64,000 nucleotides of DNA from Clostridia bacterium (GTDB lineage: Bacteria > Bacillota > Clostridia > Christensenellales > CAG-138). The stretch covers positions 3,327 to 67,326 of the forward strand of contig JAFZYC010000012.1 of assembly GCA_017616435.1 (NCBI GenBank), in the 5' to 3' direction. A program made the position numbers and the translations under genes. Positions 18,802-28,405 of the stretch are shown in pieces. Numbering within the stretch: position 1 is the first letter of the stretch; each line of letters opens with the position of its first letter. The notes beneath the pieces were generated by a model, which saw only the letters and a list, made by a program, of their open reading frames with translations, made no database searches and was not told the DNA's origin.

Positions 18802-20226
18802 ATGAAACTGCTTTTTACAACAAGCGAATGCGTGCCGTTCATAAAGACGGGCGGCCTTGCCGACGTCGCGGGGACGCTGCCGCGGGCGCTCAAAGAGCTC
18901 TCCCCGGAGAGCGAGATCGCAGTGATGCTCCCCAAATACCGCCGTATCCCGGAGGAGTACCGCTTCAATATGCGCCACGTTTTCGATACGCGTATCGATC
19001 TCGGCTGGCGCAATCAGTACCTCGGCCTTGACGAGCTCGTCATCGACGGCGTAAAGTACTGGTTCATCGACAACGAGTTCTATTTCGGGGGCGACTACAT
19101 CTACGGTTCCGGCGATTTCGAGACGGAGCGCTTCTGCTTCTTCTGCAAGGCAGTAATGGAAAGCCTCACGAGGCTCGGCTTCATGCCGGACGTCATACAC
19201 TGCAACGATTGGCAGACGGGCTATATTCCCCTTCTCGTCCGTCAGTATGCGCGCAGACCGGAATACGCCGATATCAGGACGGTGTTCACCATCCACAATC
19301 TGAGGTTCCAGGGCATAGGCAGCCGCGGGCTCGTGGAAGACCTGCTCTCGCTCGGACAGGAGCCGCTCGACCGCATTGAATACAGCGGATGCGCCTCATC
19401 CATGAAGGCGGGACTCATGTATGCCGATAAGATCACAACCGTCAGCCCGACCTACGCGAGGGAGATACTGACGCCGGAATTCGGCGAGACGCTCGACTGC
19501 GTACTGCGTGACAGGGCGGGGGATCTCGTCGGGATACTGAACGGCATATCGAACGATATCTACGATCCCGCTAACGACAGGTGTATCCCCATGGCGTTCG
19601 ACCGCGACTCGCTTATCGGCAAGCGCGCCTGCAAGGAGGAGCTCCTTCGCGAGCTCGGCCTTGAGCAGAACCCCGACAAGCCGCTCTTCGCCGTGATTTC
19701 GAGGCTCACCGACCAGAAGGGTATCGACAAGGTCCGCGGAATACTTCCCAAGCTGCTTTGGGAGGGTTCGCAGGCGGTGGTGCTCGGCATGGGCGACCGC
19801 GATTATGAGGATTACTTCGGCTGGCTCCAGTCGGAGAGCCCCAATTTCGCCTTCCGCTGCGAGATGAACGACGGCCTTGCCCGCCGGATCTACGCGGGTG
19901 CGGATCTGTTCCTCATGCCCTCGGTGTTCGAGCCCTGCGGGCTTTCGCAGATGCTCGCTCTGCGCTACGGCTGCATCCCCATCGTGCGCGAGACGGGCGG
20001 CCTCGCCGATACCATCGCGCCTTACAACAGGTTCGAGAACACGGGCAACGGCTTCTCGTTCTCGGGCCACAGTTTCGAATCCTTCGCGGAGGTCGTGGGG
20101 ATAGCGCTCGGCGCCTATTACGATAAGCCCGCGTGGGAGGGGCTCGTGAAGCGCGCCATGGCGACGGATTTCGACTGGCGCGTCAGCGCGGAAAAATACA
20201 TGCTGCTCTACAGTTGGCTGAGGTAA
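18802..20226 (+). CDS. glgA: glycogen synthase (ADP-glucose type, GT5)
   Basis: 474 aa. N-terminal KTGGLADV motif. Confidence 0.94.
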   Translation: MKLLFTTSECVPFIKTGGLADVAGTLPRALKELSPESEIAVMLPKYRRIPEEYRFNMRHVFDTRIDLGWRNQYLGLDELVIDGVKYWFIDNEFYFGGDYIYGSGDFETERFCFFCKAVMESLTRLGFMPDVIHCNDWQTGYIPLLVRQYARRPEYADIRTVFTIHNLRFQGIGSRGLVEDLLSLGQEPLDRIEYSGCASSMKAGLMYADKITTVSPTYAREILTPEFGETLDCVLRDRAGDLVGILNGISNDIYDPANDRCIPMAFDRDSLIGKRACKEELLRELGLEQNPDKPLFAVISRLTDQKGIDKVRGILPKLLWEGSQAVVLGMGDRDYEDYFGWLQSESPNFAFRCEMNDGLARRIYAGADLFLMPSVFEPCGLSQMLALRYGCIPIVRETGGLADTIAPYNRFENTGNGFSFSGHSFESFAEVVGIALGAYYDKPAWEGLVKRAMATDFDWRVSAEKYMLLYSWLR

Positions 20227-20240
20227 ATAATCGATACTAT

Positions 20241-20268
20241 GCGGGAGTGTACGCTCCCGCCTTTTTTA
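20241..20268 (+). terminator. intrinsic terminator after glgA (overlaps the convergent permease stop)
   Basis: GCGGGAG-TGTACG-CTCCCGC followed by CTTTTTTATT. Confidence 0.7.
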
Positions 20269-21063
20269 TTCTCTCCCGAACCTTCGGTCGATGCGCTTCT
20301 CGAACGCGGCGACGGCGTAGTACATTATCGCCGCGAGCACGCAGAGTATGACTATGCTCGCCATGACGAGATCCAGCTTGAACACCTGGCCGCCGTAGAC
20401 TATTAGATAGCCGAGGCCGCGCTTTGACACGAGGTACTCGCCGACGATAACGCCGACCCAGCTCATGCCGACGCTGATCTTCAATGCGCTCATTATCGTG
20501 GGCACGGAGGCGGGGAGCACCGCCTTTATGAATGTCTGCATGCGCGTGGCCCCGAGCGTCTGCATCAGCTGCTGCCTCTCGTTCCCCTGCTCGACGAACC
20601 CCGCGAGCACGCTCATGACCGTCACCACCGTCGAAACGAGCAGCGCCATGACGATTATCGCGCCCGGACCCGCGCCGACCCAGACTATTAGTATCGGGCC
20701 GAGAGCGATCTTCGGCAGGGCGTTCAGCACAACGAGGTACGGGTCGAGCACGCGCCGCAGGAAAGGACAGAACCAGAGCAGCACCGCCGCGGCGACGCCT
20801 ATCGCGGTCCCCGAAACGAAGCCGACGACCGTCTCGTAAAACGTCGTGAGTATGTGCGGGAAAAGATCGTGCGAGGAGTAGAGGCTGACCGTCGTCTTTA
20901 CGACCCGCAGCGGGGAGGAGACTATGAACGGATCCGCAAGGCCGAGCCTGCCCGCGGCCTCCCACAGCGATATGAGCAGCACGAGCAGTATCACGCGCGC
21001 TGCGACCGTCAGCCGTTCCCCGCGGCGCATCCTTTTAAGGTACATGAAGTGTTCGCGGCTCAC
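20266..21063 (-). CDS. ABC transporter permease (nitrate/sulfonate/taurine NitT/TauT-like family)
   Basis: 265 aa with about 6 hydrophobic segments. The pattern around LGATRMQTFIKAVLPASVP is the EAA-type loop of binding-protein-dependent permeases. Confidence 0.8.
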   Translation of the reverse strand: MSREHFMYLKRMRRGERLTVAARVILLVLLISLWEAAGRLGLADPFIVSSPLRVVKTTVSLYSSHDLFPHILTTFYETVVGFVSGTAIGVAAAVLLWFCPFLRRVLDPYLVVLNALPKIALGPILIVWVGAGPGAIIVMALLVSTVVTVMSVLAGFVEQGNERQQLMQTLGATRMQTFIKAVLPASVPTIMSALKISVGMSWVGVIVGEYLVSKRGLGYLIVYGGQVFKLDLVMASIVILCVLAAIMYYAVAAFEKRIDRRFGRE

Positions 21064-21836
21064 TGCTCCCTCAGCTCCTTCCAGATATCGTCAAACAGCG
21101 CGCCGAAGCCCGCCTGCCCGCGCCGCTCGAAAGCGGAGCCGGGAAGCCCGACATAAAACTCCCGCTTGACCCGCGCCGGGCGGGATGAGAACACTATCAC
21201 GCGGTCGCTCATGCATATCGCCTCCGAAATGTCGTGAGTGACGAGTATCGCGGTGTAGCCGCCCTGCGTTATTATCGAGCGCACCTCGTCCTCCAGCAGT
21301 ATGCGCGTCTGATAATCGAGCGCGGAAAACGGCTCGTCTAGGAGCAGCAGCTCCGGCTCGAACGCAAGGGTCCTTATCAGCGCGGCCTTCTGCCGCATGC
21401 CGCCCGAAAGCTCCGAAGGGTAATGCCGCGAGAAATCGCCGAGCCCGTATCTGCCAAGCAGAGCGAGCGCCTTCTTTTTGCTTTCGGGGCTTACGGCGCG
21501 CCTGATCTCAAGGCCCAAAAGCACGTTCTTTTCTATCGTTCGCCAGTCGAGCAGCGCGTCGCGCTGGAGCATGTAGCCGATCCTGCTCCGCGCCTCCCGC
21601 GGGGGAAGGCCGAGCACTTTGACGCTCCCCTCCGAGGGCTCGATCAGCCCCGTCATAAGCGAGAGCACGCTCGTCTTGCCGCAGCCGGAAGGGCCGACGA
21701 TCGATACGAACTCGCCCCGCTTCACCTCAAGATCGAGGCCGTCGACGGCCAGTGTCTCGCGCGAGGGCTCGTGATAGACGAGTCTTACTCCGCGAAGAGA
21801 GGCCACAGTTTCCGATCCCATATCCATACGCCCCAA
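21060..21836 (-). CDS. ABC transporter ATP-binding protein (NitT/TauT-like)
   Basis: Walker A GPSGCGKTS, signature LSGGMRQK, Walker B LLLLDEPFSALD. Start is either TTG 21836 (5 nt after AAGGAGG) or ATG 21827. The ORF-track start at 22007 runs through the divergent promoter. Confidence 0.85.
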   Translation of the reverse strand: MGRMDMGSETVASLRGVRLVYHEPSRETLAVDGLDLEVKRGEFVSIVGPSGCGKTSVLSLMTGLIEPSEGSVKVLGLPPREARSRIGYMLQRDALLDWRTIEKNVLLGLEIRRAVSPESKKKALALLGRYGLGDFSRHYPSELSGGMRQKAALIRTLAFEPELLLLDEPFSALDYQTRILLEDEVRSIITQGGYTAILVTHDISEAICMSDRVIVFSSRPARVKREFYVGLPGSAFERRGQAGFGALFDDIWKELREQ

Positions 21837-21888
21837 TGGGGCCTCCTTGTTAATGTATCTATACCATGCTATGCGGCGGCGCATGCGG

Positions 21889-21917
21889 TTGACATCGGCG
21901 GCATGCGAAATTATAAT
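21889..21917 (+). promoter_or_regulatory. promoter of the first M32 carboxypeptidase gene
   Basis: TTGACA (21889-21894), 17-nt spacer, TATAAT (21912-21917). Confidence 0.6.
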
Positions 21918-21960
21918 GTAATCGAAAAACAGCCCAAGGGCACAGGAAGGGAGAAGAGAT

Positions 21961-23460
21961 ATGGAACTTAAAGAAGCCATAGCAAAGCTCAAGGAAAACC
22001 AGCGCATCAGGAGCGCGTACTATCACGCGATGGGGGTCATGTATTACGATATAGAGACCGCGGCGCCGAAGAACGCGATAGGCGGCTTTTCGGAGACGAT
22101 GGCGACCCTGTCGGAGATAACCTACAAGCTTGCCGTAAATGAGGAAAACTTCGCCGTGCTCGATCTGCTTTCGGCGCACGCGGACGAGCTCGATGAGATC
22201 ACCCGCCGCGAGGTGGAGGAGGCGCAGAAGGGCTTGAAGCTCCTGCGCAGCATACCGATAGAGGAATACGTCGAGTTCCAGCGCATACAGTCCGAGGCTT
22301 CGTCCGTCTGGCACGAGGCGAAGGTCAAGAGCGATTATCCCATGTTCGAGCCGCATCTCAGAAAGCTCGTCGAATACACAAGGAAGTTTGCCGCCTACGC
22401 AGCTCCGGAGCAGGATCCCTACGATTACTGGCTCAACGAGTTCGAGGAGGGCTTTACTCAGGACGTCCTCGACGGCTATTTCGAAAAGATCAAGGCCGCG
22501 CTCGTTCCGCTCATCCACAGGATCGGCGAAAAGCAGCCCCCGGAGGACGGCTTCCTCAAGAAGCACTATCCCGCGTGGAAGCAGCGCAAGCTTTCCGATT
22601 ATCTCATGGAGGTCATGGGGATCAACCGCGACGACTGCGCGATAGGCGAGACGGAGCACCCCTTCACCACGGGCTTCAACAAGCACGATCTCAGGATCAC
22701 CACCCATTACTATGAGGACGCGCTCGCTTCGAGCATGTATTCCGTCATCCACGAGGGCGGCCACGCGACGTACGAGATGGGCAACAGCGACGAGCTGATC
22801 GGCTCCCCGCTCTTCGGCGGCGCCTCCTGCGGAATGCATGAATCCCAGTCCCGCTTCTATGAGAACATCATCGGCAGATCGCGCGCGTTCGTAGAGCTCG
22901 TGTTCCCCAAGATAAAGGAGATGTTCCCCGAGGAGATGGAGGGCGTCACGGCGGAGGATTTCTATAAGGCGGTCAACCGCGCGGAGCCCTCGCTCATAAG
23001 GACGGAGGCCGACGAGCTGACCTATTCCATGCACGTGCTCATCCGCTACGAGATCGAAAAGAAGCTCATCCACGGCGAGCTCGACACGAAGGACGTTCCC
23101 GCGGAGTGGAACAGGCTCTATAAGGAGTATCTCGGCGTCGACGTGCCCAATGACAAGGAGGGCTGTCTGCAGGATTCCCACTGGTCGGGCGGCAGCTTCG
23201 GCTATTTCCCCTCCTATTCTCTGGGCTCCGCATACGGCGCGCAGATACTCGCCCACATGAAGAAGGAGCTCGATATCGACGCTCTGGTCCGCGCGGGCGA
23301 GCTGGGAAAGGTCACCGATTGGCTGCGCGAGCACATCCACAAGTACGGCATGATCAAGAAGCCCAAGGAGCTCATAAGGCTCTGCTGCGGAGAGGACTTC
23401 GATCCTCAGTACTATATCGATTATCTTACGGATAAGTTCTCGGAGCTTTACGGCCTGTAA
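21961..23460 (+). CDS. carboxypeptidase Taq-type metallopeptidase (family M32), copy 1
   Basis: 499 aa. HEGGHATYE (HExxH), HESQSRFYEN and IRTEADELTY motifs. Confidence 0.9.
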   Translation: MELKEAIAKLKENQRIRSAYYHAMGVMYYDIETAAPKNAIGGFSETMATLSEITYKLAVNEENFAVLDLLSAHADELDEITRREVEEAQKGLKLLRSIPIEEYVEFQRIQSEASSVWHEAKVKSDYPMFEPHLRKLVEYTRKFAAYAAPEQDPYDYWLNEFEEGFTQDVLDGYFEKIKAALVPLIHRIGEKQPPEDGFLKKHYPAWKQRKLSDYLMEVMGINRDDCAIGETEHPFTTGFNKHDLRITTHYYEDALASSMYSVIHEGGHATYEMGNSDELIGSPLFGGASCGMHESQSRFYENIIGRSRAFVELVFPKIKEMFPEEMEGVTAEDFYKAVNRAEPSLIRTEADELTYSMHVLIRYEIEKKLIHGELDTKDVPAEWNRLYKEYLGVDVPNDKEGCLQDSHWSGGSFGYFPSYSLGSAYGAQILAHMKKELDIDALVRAGELGKVTDWLREHIHKYGMIKKPKELIRLCCGEDFDPQYYIDYLTDKFSELYGL

Positions 23461-23521
23461 GCATGACCTGCGGCGCAGGGAGGATAGAACCCCCCGCGCC
23501 GCTTTTCCAAAAGGAGACCCC

Positions 23522-25021
23522 ATGGAAACAAAAGAAGCGATAAACGTTATCAGGGAATACGGGGCAAAGCTCCGCGCGCTGAGGCACGCTATGGGCGTCA
23601 TGCAGTGTGACGCGATGGTCTGCGCGCCGAAAAACTCCGCCCCGTACAGGGCAGCGACCGGAGCTGTGCTCTCGGGCGAGGTGTATAAGCTCACGACCGC
23701 GCCGGAGCGCGTGGAAGCGATAGAGCTGCTTTCCCAAATGAGCGGCGAGACAGACGAGCTCACCCGGCTCGAGGTCAAGGAGCTAAAAAAGGAGCTGGAT
23801 ATGCTCACAAAGCTTCCGCCGGAGCTCTACCGCGAGTTCAACAGGATCAAGGGAGAGGCCTCCGCGGCATGGCAGGCGGCGAAGGCGGCGAACGATCACT
23901 CGATGTTTGAGCCTTATCTTGACCGCATGTTCTCCGCCGCGCGAACGCTCGCCCAACATATTTCGCCGGACAAGGATCCCTACGATCACTGGCTCGACAG
24001 GTTCGAGCCAGGCGCCTCGCAGGAAACGCTCGATCGGTTCTTCGGCAGCGTGCGCGAGGGAATAGTCCCCCTATTAAGGAGGGTGCTCGAAAAGCCCGAG
24101 CCGGACACATCGTTCCTGCACGGGCATTTCCCCGTTGAGCAACAGAGAAAGTTTTCCGACTCCATAATGGAGCTCATGGGCATAGACCGTGACGACTGCT
24201 CGATAGCGGAGGTGGAGCATCCCTACACCATGGGGCTCAACAAGCACGACGTCCGCGTGACCACGCATTATTACGAGGACCGCGTCGCTGCCAACATGTT
24301 CAGCGTACTCCATGAGGGCGGCCACGCGATCTACGAGATGGGCATCTCAGACGAGCTCACGGGGACCGCGCTCGCGGGGCCGGCGTCATCGGGCATACAC
24401 GAATCGCAGTCCCGCTTCTACGAGAACATGATAGGCAGGACGCTCGCCTTTGCGGAGCTTATAACGCCCGTCGCCGCTCGGTTCTTCCCGGAGGCGTTCG
24501 CGGGAGTGGACGCCGTAAGAACCTGGCGCGCGGTGAACGCCGTAAGCCCTGCGCTCAAGCGCACGGAGGCGGACGAGCTGACGTACAGCCTGCACGTGCT
24601 CGTGAGATACGAGCTGGAAAAACTGCTCATGCACGGGGAGATAACGGCAAAGGACGTCCCATGCGAGTGGAACAGGCTCTATAAGGAATACCTCGGCATT
24701 ATCGTACCGAACGACAGCGAGGGCTGCCTTCAGGATATGCACTGGGGCAGCGGGCTCATCGGCTATTTCCCGACGTATTCGCTTGGCAACGCGTACGCCG
24801 CGCAGATAGACGCCGCCATGAGGCGCGAGCTCGACGCGGACGCGCTCATTAGGGGCGGCAGGATACCGGAGATCACCGCGTGGCTCGGCGAGCGCATACA
24901 CAAGTACGGCAGGACGAAGACCCCGGAGGAGCTCGTCAAGATCTGCACCGGGGAGCCCTTGGATCCGAAGTATTACATCGATTACCTCACGGAAAAATAC
25001 TCGAAGCTATACGAGCTTTAA
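23522..25021 (+). CDS. carboxypeptidase Taq-type metallopeptidase (family M32), copy 2
   Basis: 499 aa. HEGGHAIYE, HESQSRFYEN and KRTEADELTY. Collinear with copy 1 along the whole length. Confidence 0.9.
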   Translation: METKEAINVIREYGAKLRALRHAMGVMQCDAMVCAPKNSAPYRAATGAVLSGEVYKLTTAPERVEAIELLSQMSGETDELTRLEVKELKKELDMLTKLPPELYREFNRIKGEASAAWQAAKAANDHSMFEPYLDRMFSAARTLAQHISPDKDPYDHWLDRFEPGASQETLDRFFGSVREGIVPLLRRVLEKPEPDTSFLHGHFPVEQQRKFSDSIMELMGIDRDDCSIAEVEHPYTMGLNKHDVRVTTHYYEDRVAANMFSVLHEGGHAIYEMGISDELTGTALAGPASSGIHESQSRFYENMIGRTLAFAELITPVAARFFPEAFAGVDAVRTWRAVNAVSPALKRTEADELTYSLHVLVRYELEKLLMHGEITAKDVPCEWNRLYKEYLGIIVPNDSEGCLQDMHWGSGLIGYFPTYSLGNAYAAQIDAAMRRELDADALIRGGRIPEITAWLGERIHKYGRTKTPEELVKICTGEPLDPKYYIDYLTEKYSKLYEL

Positions 25022-25036
25022 GATGATGTGAACGAC

Positions 25037-25076
25037 AAAAAAGCTCTCTGCGGCGACTGCCGCAGAGAGCTTTTTA
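25037..25076. terminator. bidirectional terminator between M32 copy 2 and gcvPB
   Basis: A-run, then GCTCTCTGCGGC-GACT-GCCGCAGAGAGC, then TTTTT. Perfect 12-bp stem. Confidence 0.8.
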
Positions 25077-25084
25077 TCATTCTG

Positions 25085-26542
25085 TTATACCTCGGCCGGT
25101 TCCTCGTACTTGACGATGGGCTTCCTTGCCGCGGTGACCTCGTCGGGCCTGCCGACGGGGGTGGTGACGGGCGCCGCGTGGATGGCGGCGGCGTCGGTCT
25201 TCACCTGCTCCGCTATGGACTTCATCGCCTCAACGAACTCGTCGAGCGTCTCGCGGGATTCGGACTCGGTGGGCTCTATCATCATCGCCTCATGCACTAT
25301 GAGGGGGAAGTAGATCGTCGGGGGATGATACCCGCGGTCGATGAGCGCCTTTGCGATGTCGGAGGTGTTGACGCCGTAGTTCATGAGCTCGCCGGGGGTG
25401 ACTACGCACTCGTGCATGCAGGTGCGGTCATGCGGGATCTCATAAATGCCGCGCAGCTTGTTCATAACGTAGTTGGCGTTAAGGACCGCGTTCTCGCTGG
25501 CCTCCTTAAGGCCCGCGCCGCCCAGGGAGCGGATGTAGCAGTACGCCTTTACGATAACGCCGAAGTTGCCGTAGAAGCTCTTGATCTTGCCGATGGATTC
25601 GGGCTTGTCGTAGTTCAGTACGAGCATGCCGTCCTGCTCCTCAATGCGGGGAACGGGCATGAAGGGGATGAGGTGGCTCTTCACGCCGACGGGACCGGAG
25701 CCGGGACCGCCGCCGCCGTGAGGCGTGGAGAACGTCTTGTGCAGGTTGATGTGCATGACGTCAAAGCCCATGTCGCCGGGACGGACAATGCCCATAATGG
25801 CGTTGAGGTTAGCTCCGTCGTAATAGAGCAGGCCGCCCGCCTCATGGACAATCTTCGCGATCTCTTTAATGTTGCGCTCGAAGAGGCCGAGCGTGGAGGG
25901 GTTCGTGAGCATGAGGCCCGCGGTGTCGGGACCTACCGCAGCCCTGAGGGCGTCAAGATCGACGCCGCCGTCGGGAGCGGACTTGATCTCCTTGACCTTG
26001 AAGCCGGCCATGGAGGCGGAGGCGGGGTTGGTGCCGTGCGCCGCGTCGGGAACGATTATGGTCGTCCTCTCGGTATCGCCCCTGTGCTCGTGATATGCCC
26101 TTATGTGCATTAGACCGGTGAGCTCGCCGTGCGCGCCCGCCGCGGGCTGGAGCGTGAAGGCGTCCATGCCGCAGATCTCGCAGAGCATGTGCTCCATATC
26201 GGCCATGAGGGCAAGGCAGCCCTGGCTCATCTCGGGAGCGAGCAGGGGATGCACGTCGTCAAACGCCGGAGCGAGCTCCTCGTTGATCTTGGGATTGTAC
26301 TTCATCGTGCAGGAGCCCAAGGGATAGAAGCCGTTGTCCACGCCGAAGTTGCGGCGGGAAAGGTTCGTGTAATGGCGGACGAGGTCGACCTCGCCGAGCT
26401 CCGGCAGCTTAAGATCGGAGGAAGCGCGCATGGCTTCGGGTATGGCGTCCGTCCTCGAAGGAACGTCGCAGGCGGGCAGATCGTATGCCCTGCGTCCCTC
26501 GTGGGAACGCTCGAAGATCAGTTTATACTCGGAACGCATCAC
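25085..26542 (-). CDS. gcvPB: glycine dehydrogenase (decarboxylating) subunit 2
   Basis: 485 aa. PLP-lysine region [16 protein letters not shown]. Confidence 0.94.
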   Translation of the reverse strand: MMRSEYKLIFERSHEGRRAYDLPACDVPSRTDAIPEAMRASSDLKLPELGEVDLVRHYTNLSRRNFGVDNGFYPLGSCTMKYNPKINEELAPAFDDVHPLLAPEMSQGCLALMADMEHMLCEICGMDAFTLQPAAGAHGELTGLMHIRAYHEHRGDTERTTIIVPDAAHGTNPASASMAGFKVKEIKSAPDGGVDLDALRAAVGPDTAGLMLTNPSTLGLFERNIKEIAKIVHEAGGLLYYDGANLNAIMGIVRPGDMGFDVMHINLHKTFSTPHGGGGPGSGPVGVKSHLIPFMPVPRIEEQDGMLVLNYDKPESIGKIKSFYGNFGVIVKAYCYIRSLGGAGLKEASENAVLNANYVMNKLRGIYEIPHDRTCMHECVVTPGELMNYGVNTSDIAKALIDRGYHPPTIYFPLIVHEAMMIEPTESESRETLDEFVEAMKSIAEQVKTDAAAIHAAPVTTPVGRPDEVTAARKPIVKYEEPAEV

Positions 26543-27879
26543 TCTTCACCTCCCGTGGGATGGATGGTATCATTGATGATATCGCATACAAGGTCGAACT
26601 CGTCGGCGCTGTTCATCTCCGTAGCGCACCAGAGCATGCCGCCGTCCGGGAGGACGAGGCCGCCGGTGATGGAATAGTTCGCGAGAGCGCGGTCGATCTC
26701 GGCCGCGTCGGGAACGTCGATCACGAACTCGTTGAAGAACGGGGTCTCCGGCCAGCGGAGCTTTACGCCTTCGATCGCGGTGAGCTTATCGGCAAGGCAG
26801 TGCGCCTTTGCGATGTTCTGCTCCGCGACCTCGCGCATGCCGGCGGGGCCCATCGTGCAGCAGTACATGGAGGCCATTATCGCGCAGAGCATCTGGTTCG
26901 AGCAAATGTTGGAGGCGGCCTTGTCGCGCCTTATGTGCTGCTCGCGCGCCTGGAGAGTGAGCACGAACACACGGTTGCCCTCCGGGTCGCGGGTCTCGCC
27001 CGCGATGCGGCCGGGCAGGTTGCGCATGAGCTTCTGCGTCGCGGCCATGAAACCTACGTACGGACCGCCGAACGCCATGGGCAGGCCGAGCGTCTGGCCG
27101 TCGCCGATGGCGATATCTGCGCCGTAGTCCGCGGGGCGCTTGAGCGCGCCCAGAGAGATGGGATTGACATACGCCACGAGCAGACCGTTAGCCGCGTGTA
27201 CCGCTTCCGCGATGTCGGCCATGGGCTCGAGGCAGCCGTAATAGTTGGGATTCGCGCCGATATAGCCCGCCGCGCCGTCCATATTGGCGGTGATGGCGGA
27301 AATGTCGGTAACGCCCTTATCCGTCAGCGGGATCTCGACAAGCTCGAGCTCGGCGCAGTGCGCGTATGTGTGCATGACGGTTATGACGTCGGGATTGAGA
27401 GCCGCGGAATAGAGCACCTTCTTCTTGCGCTTGTTGTCGCGCAGCATGAGCAGCGCCTCGGCGGCGGCGGTAGCGCCGTCGTAAACGGAGGCGTTGGCGG
27501 CGTCAAGCCCGGTCAGACGGCAGATGACCGTCTGATACTCGAACAGGCTCTGGAGCATGCCCTGGCTCATCTCCGCCTGATAGGGAGTATAGGCGGTGTA
27601 GAACTCGCTCCTCATGGCGAGCTGGGGGATGAGGGAGGGGATGTAGTGATGGTATGCGCCCGCGCCGCGGAAGAGGGGGCCGCCCTCCTCGTTCATGTAG
27701 ACGAAGCCGCGGATAAGATCGCGGAGCTCCATCTCGGAGAGGGGCTCGGGAAGATCGAGGGGCCTTTTGAGCTTAAGATCCTCGGGGATATCCCGGAAAA
27801 GATCGTCCATGGAGCTCATGCCGATCTCGGCAAGCATCTCACGGCGCTCCTTTTCGGTATTGGGGACGTAAGATTTCAT
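26539..27879 (-). CDS. gcvPA: glycine dehydrogenase (decarboxylating) subunit 1
   Basis: 446 aa. Overlaps gcvPB by 4 nt. Typical P-protein alpha-chain sequence ([13 protein letters not shown]). Confidence 0.94.
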   Translation of the reverse strand: MKSYVPNTEKERREMLAEIGMSSMDDLFRDIPEDLKLKRPLDLPEPLSEMELRDLIRGFVYMNEEGGPLFRGAGAYHHYIPSLIPQLAMRSEFYTAYTPYQAEMSQGMLQSLFEYQTVICRLTGLDAANASVYDGATAAAEALLMLRDNKRKKKVLYSAALNPDVITVMHTYAHCAELELVEIPLTDKGVTDISAITANMDGAAGYIGANPNYYGCLEPMADIAEAVHAANGLLVAYVNPISLGALKRPADYGADIAIGDGQTLGLPMAFGGPYVGFMAATQKLMRNLPGRIAGETRDPEGNRVFVLTLQAREQHIRRDKAASNICSNQMLCAIMASMYCCTMGPAGMREVAEQNIAKAHCLADKLTAIEGVKLRWPETPFFNEFVIDVPDAAEIDRALANYSITGGLVLPDGGMLWCATEMNSADEFDLVCDIINDTIHPTGGEE

Positions 27880-27967
27880 AATGCGGACTCCTTTGCTGGA
27901 TTGTGACCTGAAATGCTGCTCCGCCGACGGGGAAGGCCCCGTCGGCGGCTCGGATCATGTTGTTCGA

Positions 27968-28342
27968 TTATTCTTCTTCGCAGAACTTCTCGTAAGCTTC
28001 GGCGTCCATGAGCTCATCCTCGTTGATCTCGGTGAACTCAACGGCGGCGATGAAGTTGCCGAAGGCGTCCTCGTTCAGCTTCTCGGGAGCGGCGTCCAGC
28101 TCTTCGTTGACCTCGGTAACGGTACCGTTAACGGCGGAGTAGACGGCGGAGCTGGCCTTGACGGACTCGACCACGCAGTAGCTTTCGCCGATCACGGTCT
28201 CGTCGCCGACGACGGGGAGCTCAACATAAACGATATCGCCCAGAGCCTCAGCCGCATGCTCGGTGATGCCCATCTTTGCGATGTTACCTTCTACCATGAC
28301 CCACTCATGGTCACGGGTGTACTTGCGATCATTGGGAACCAT
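27968..28342 (-). CDS. gcvH: glycine cleavage system H protein
   Basis: 124 aa. Lipoyl-lysine motif VESVKASS. Confidence 0.94.
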   Translation of the reverse strand: MVPNDRKYTRDHEWVMVEGNIAKMGITEHAAEALGDIVYVELPVVGDETVIGESYCVVESVKASSAVYSAVNGTVTEVNEELDAAPEKLNEDAFGNFIAAVEFTEINEDELMDAEAYEKFCEEE

Positions 28343-28405
28343 AATAAATACCTCCTGTGGTTTGTTTATAAAGTGAATGCTTCCTTCGGGAAACGTGAAG
28401 CGCGC

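Noticed and set aside
17628-19013. 461-aa minus-strand ORF antisense to glgD and the start of glgA
   Set aside because: The sense strand encodes clearly recognisable GlgD and GlgA. The ORF has no RBS and no motifs.
21859-23808. 649-aa minus-strand ORF antisense to both M32 carboxypeptidase genes
   Set aside because: It runs through an intergenic terminator-like hairpin and the divergent promoter. It is Leu/Arg/Ala-rich with no motifs. The sense-strand genes have full catalytic motif sets.
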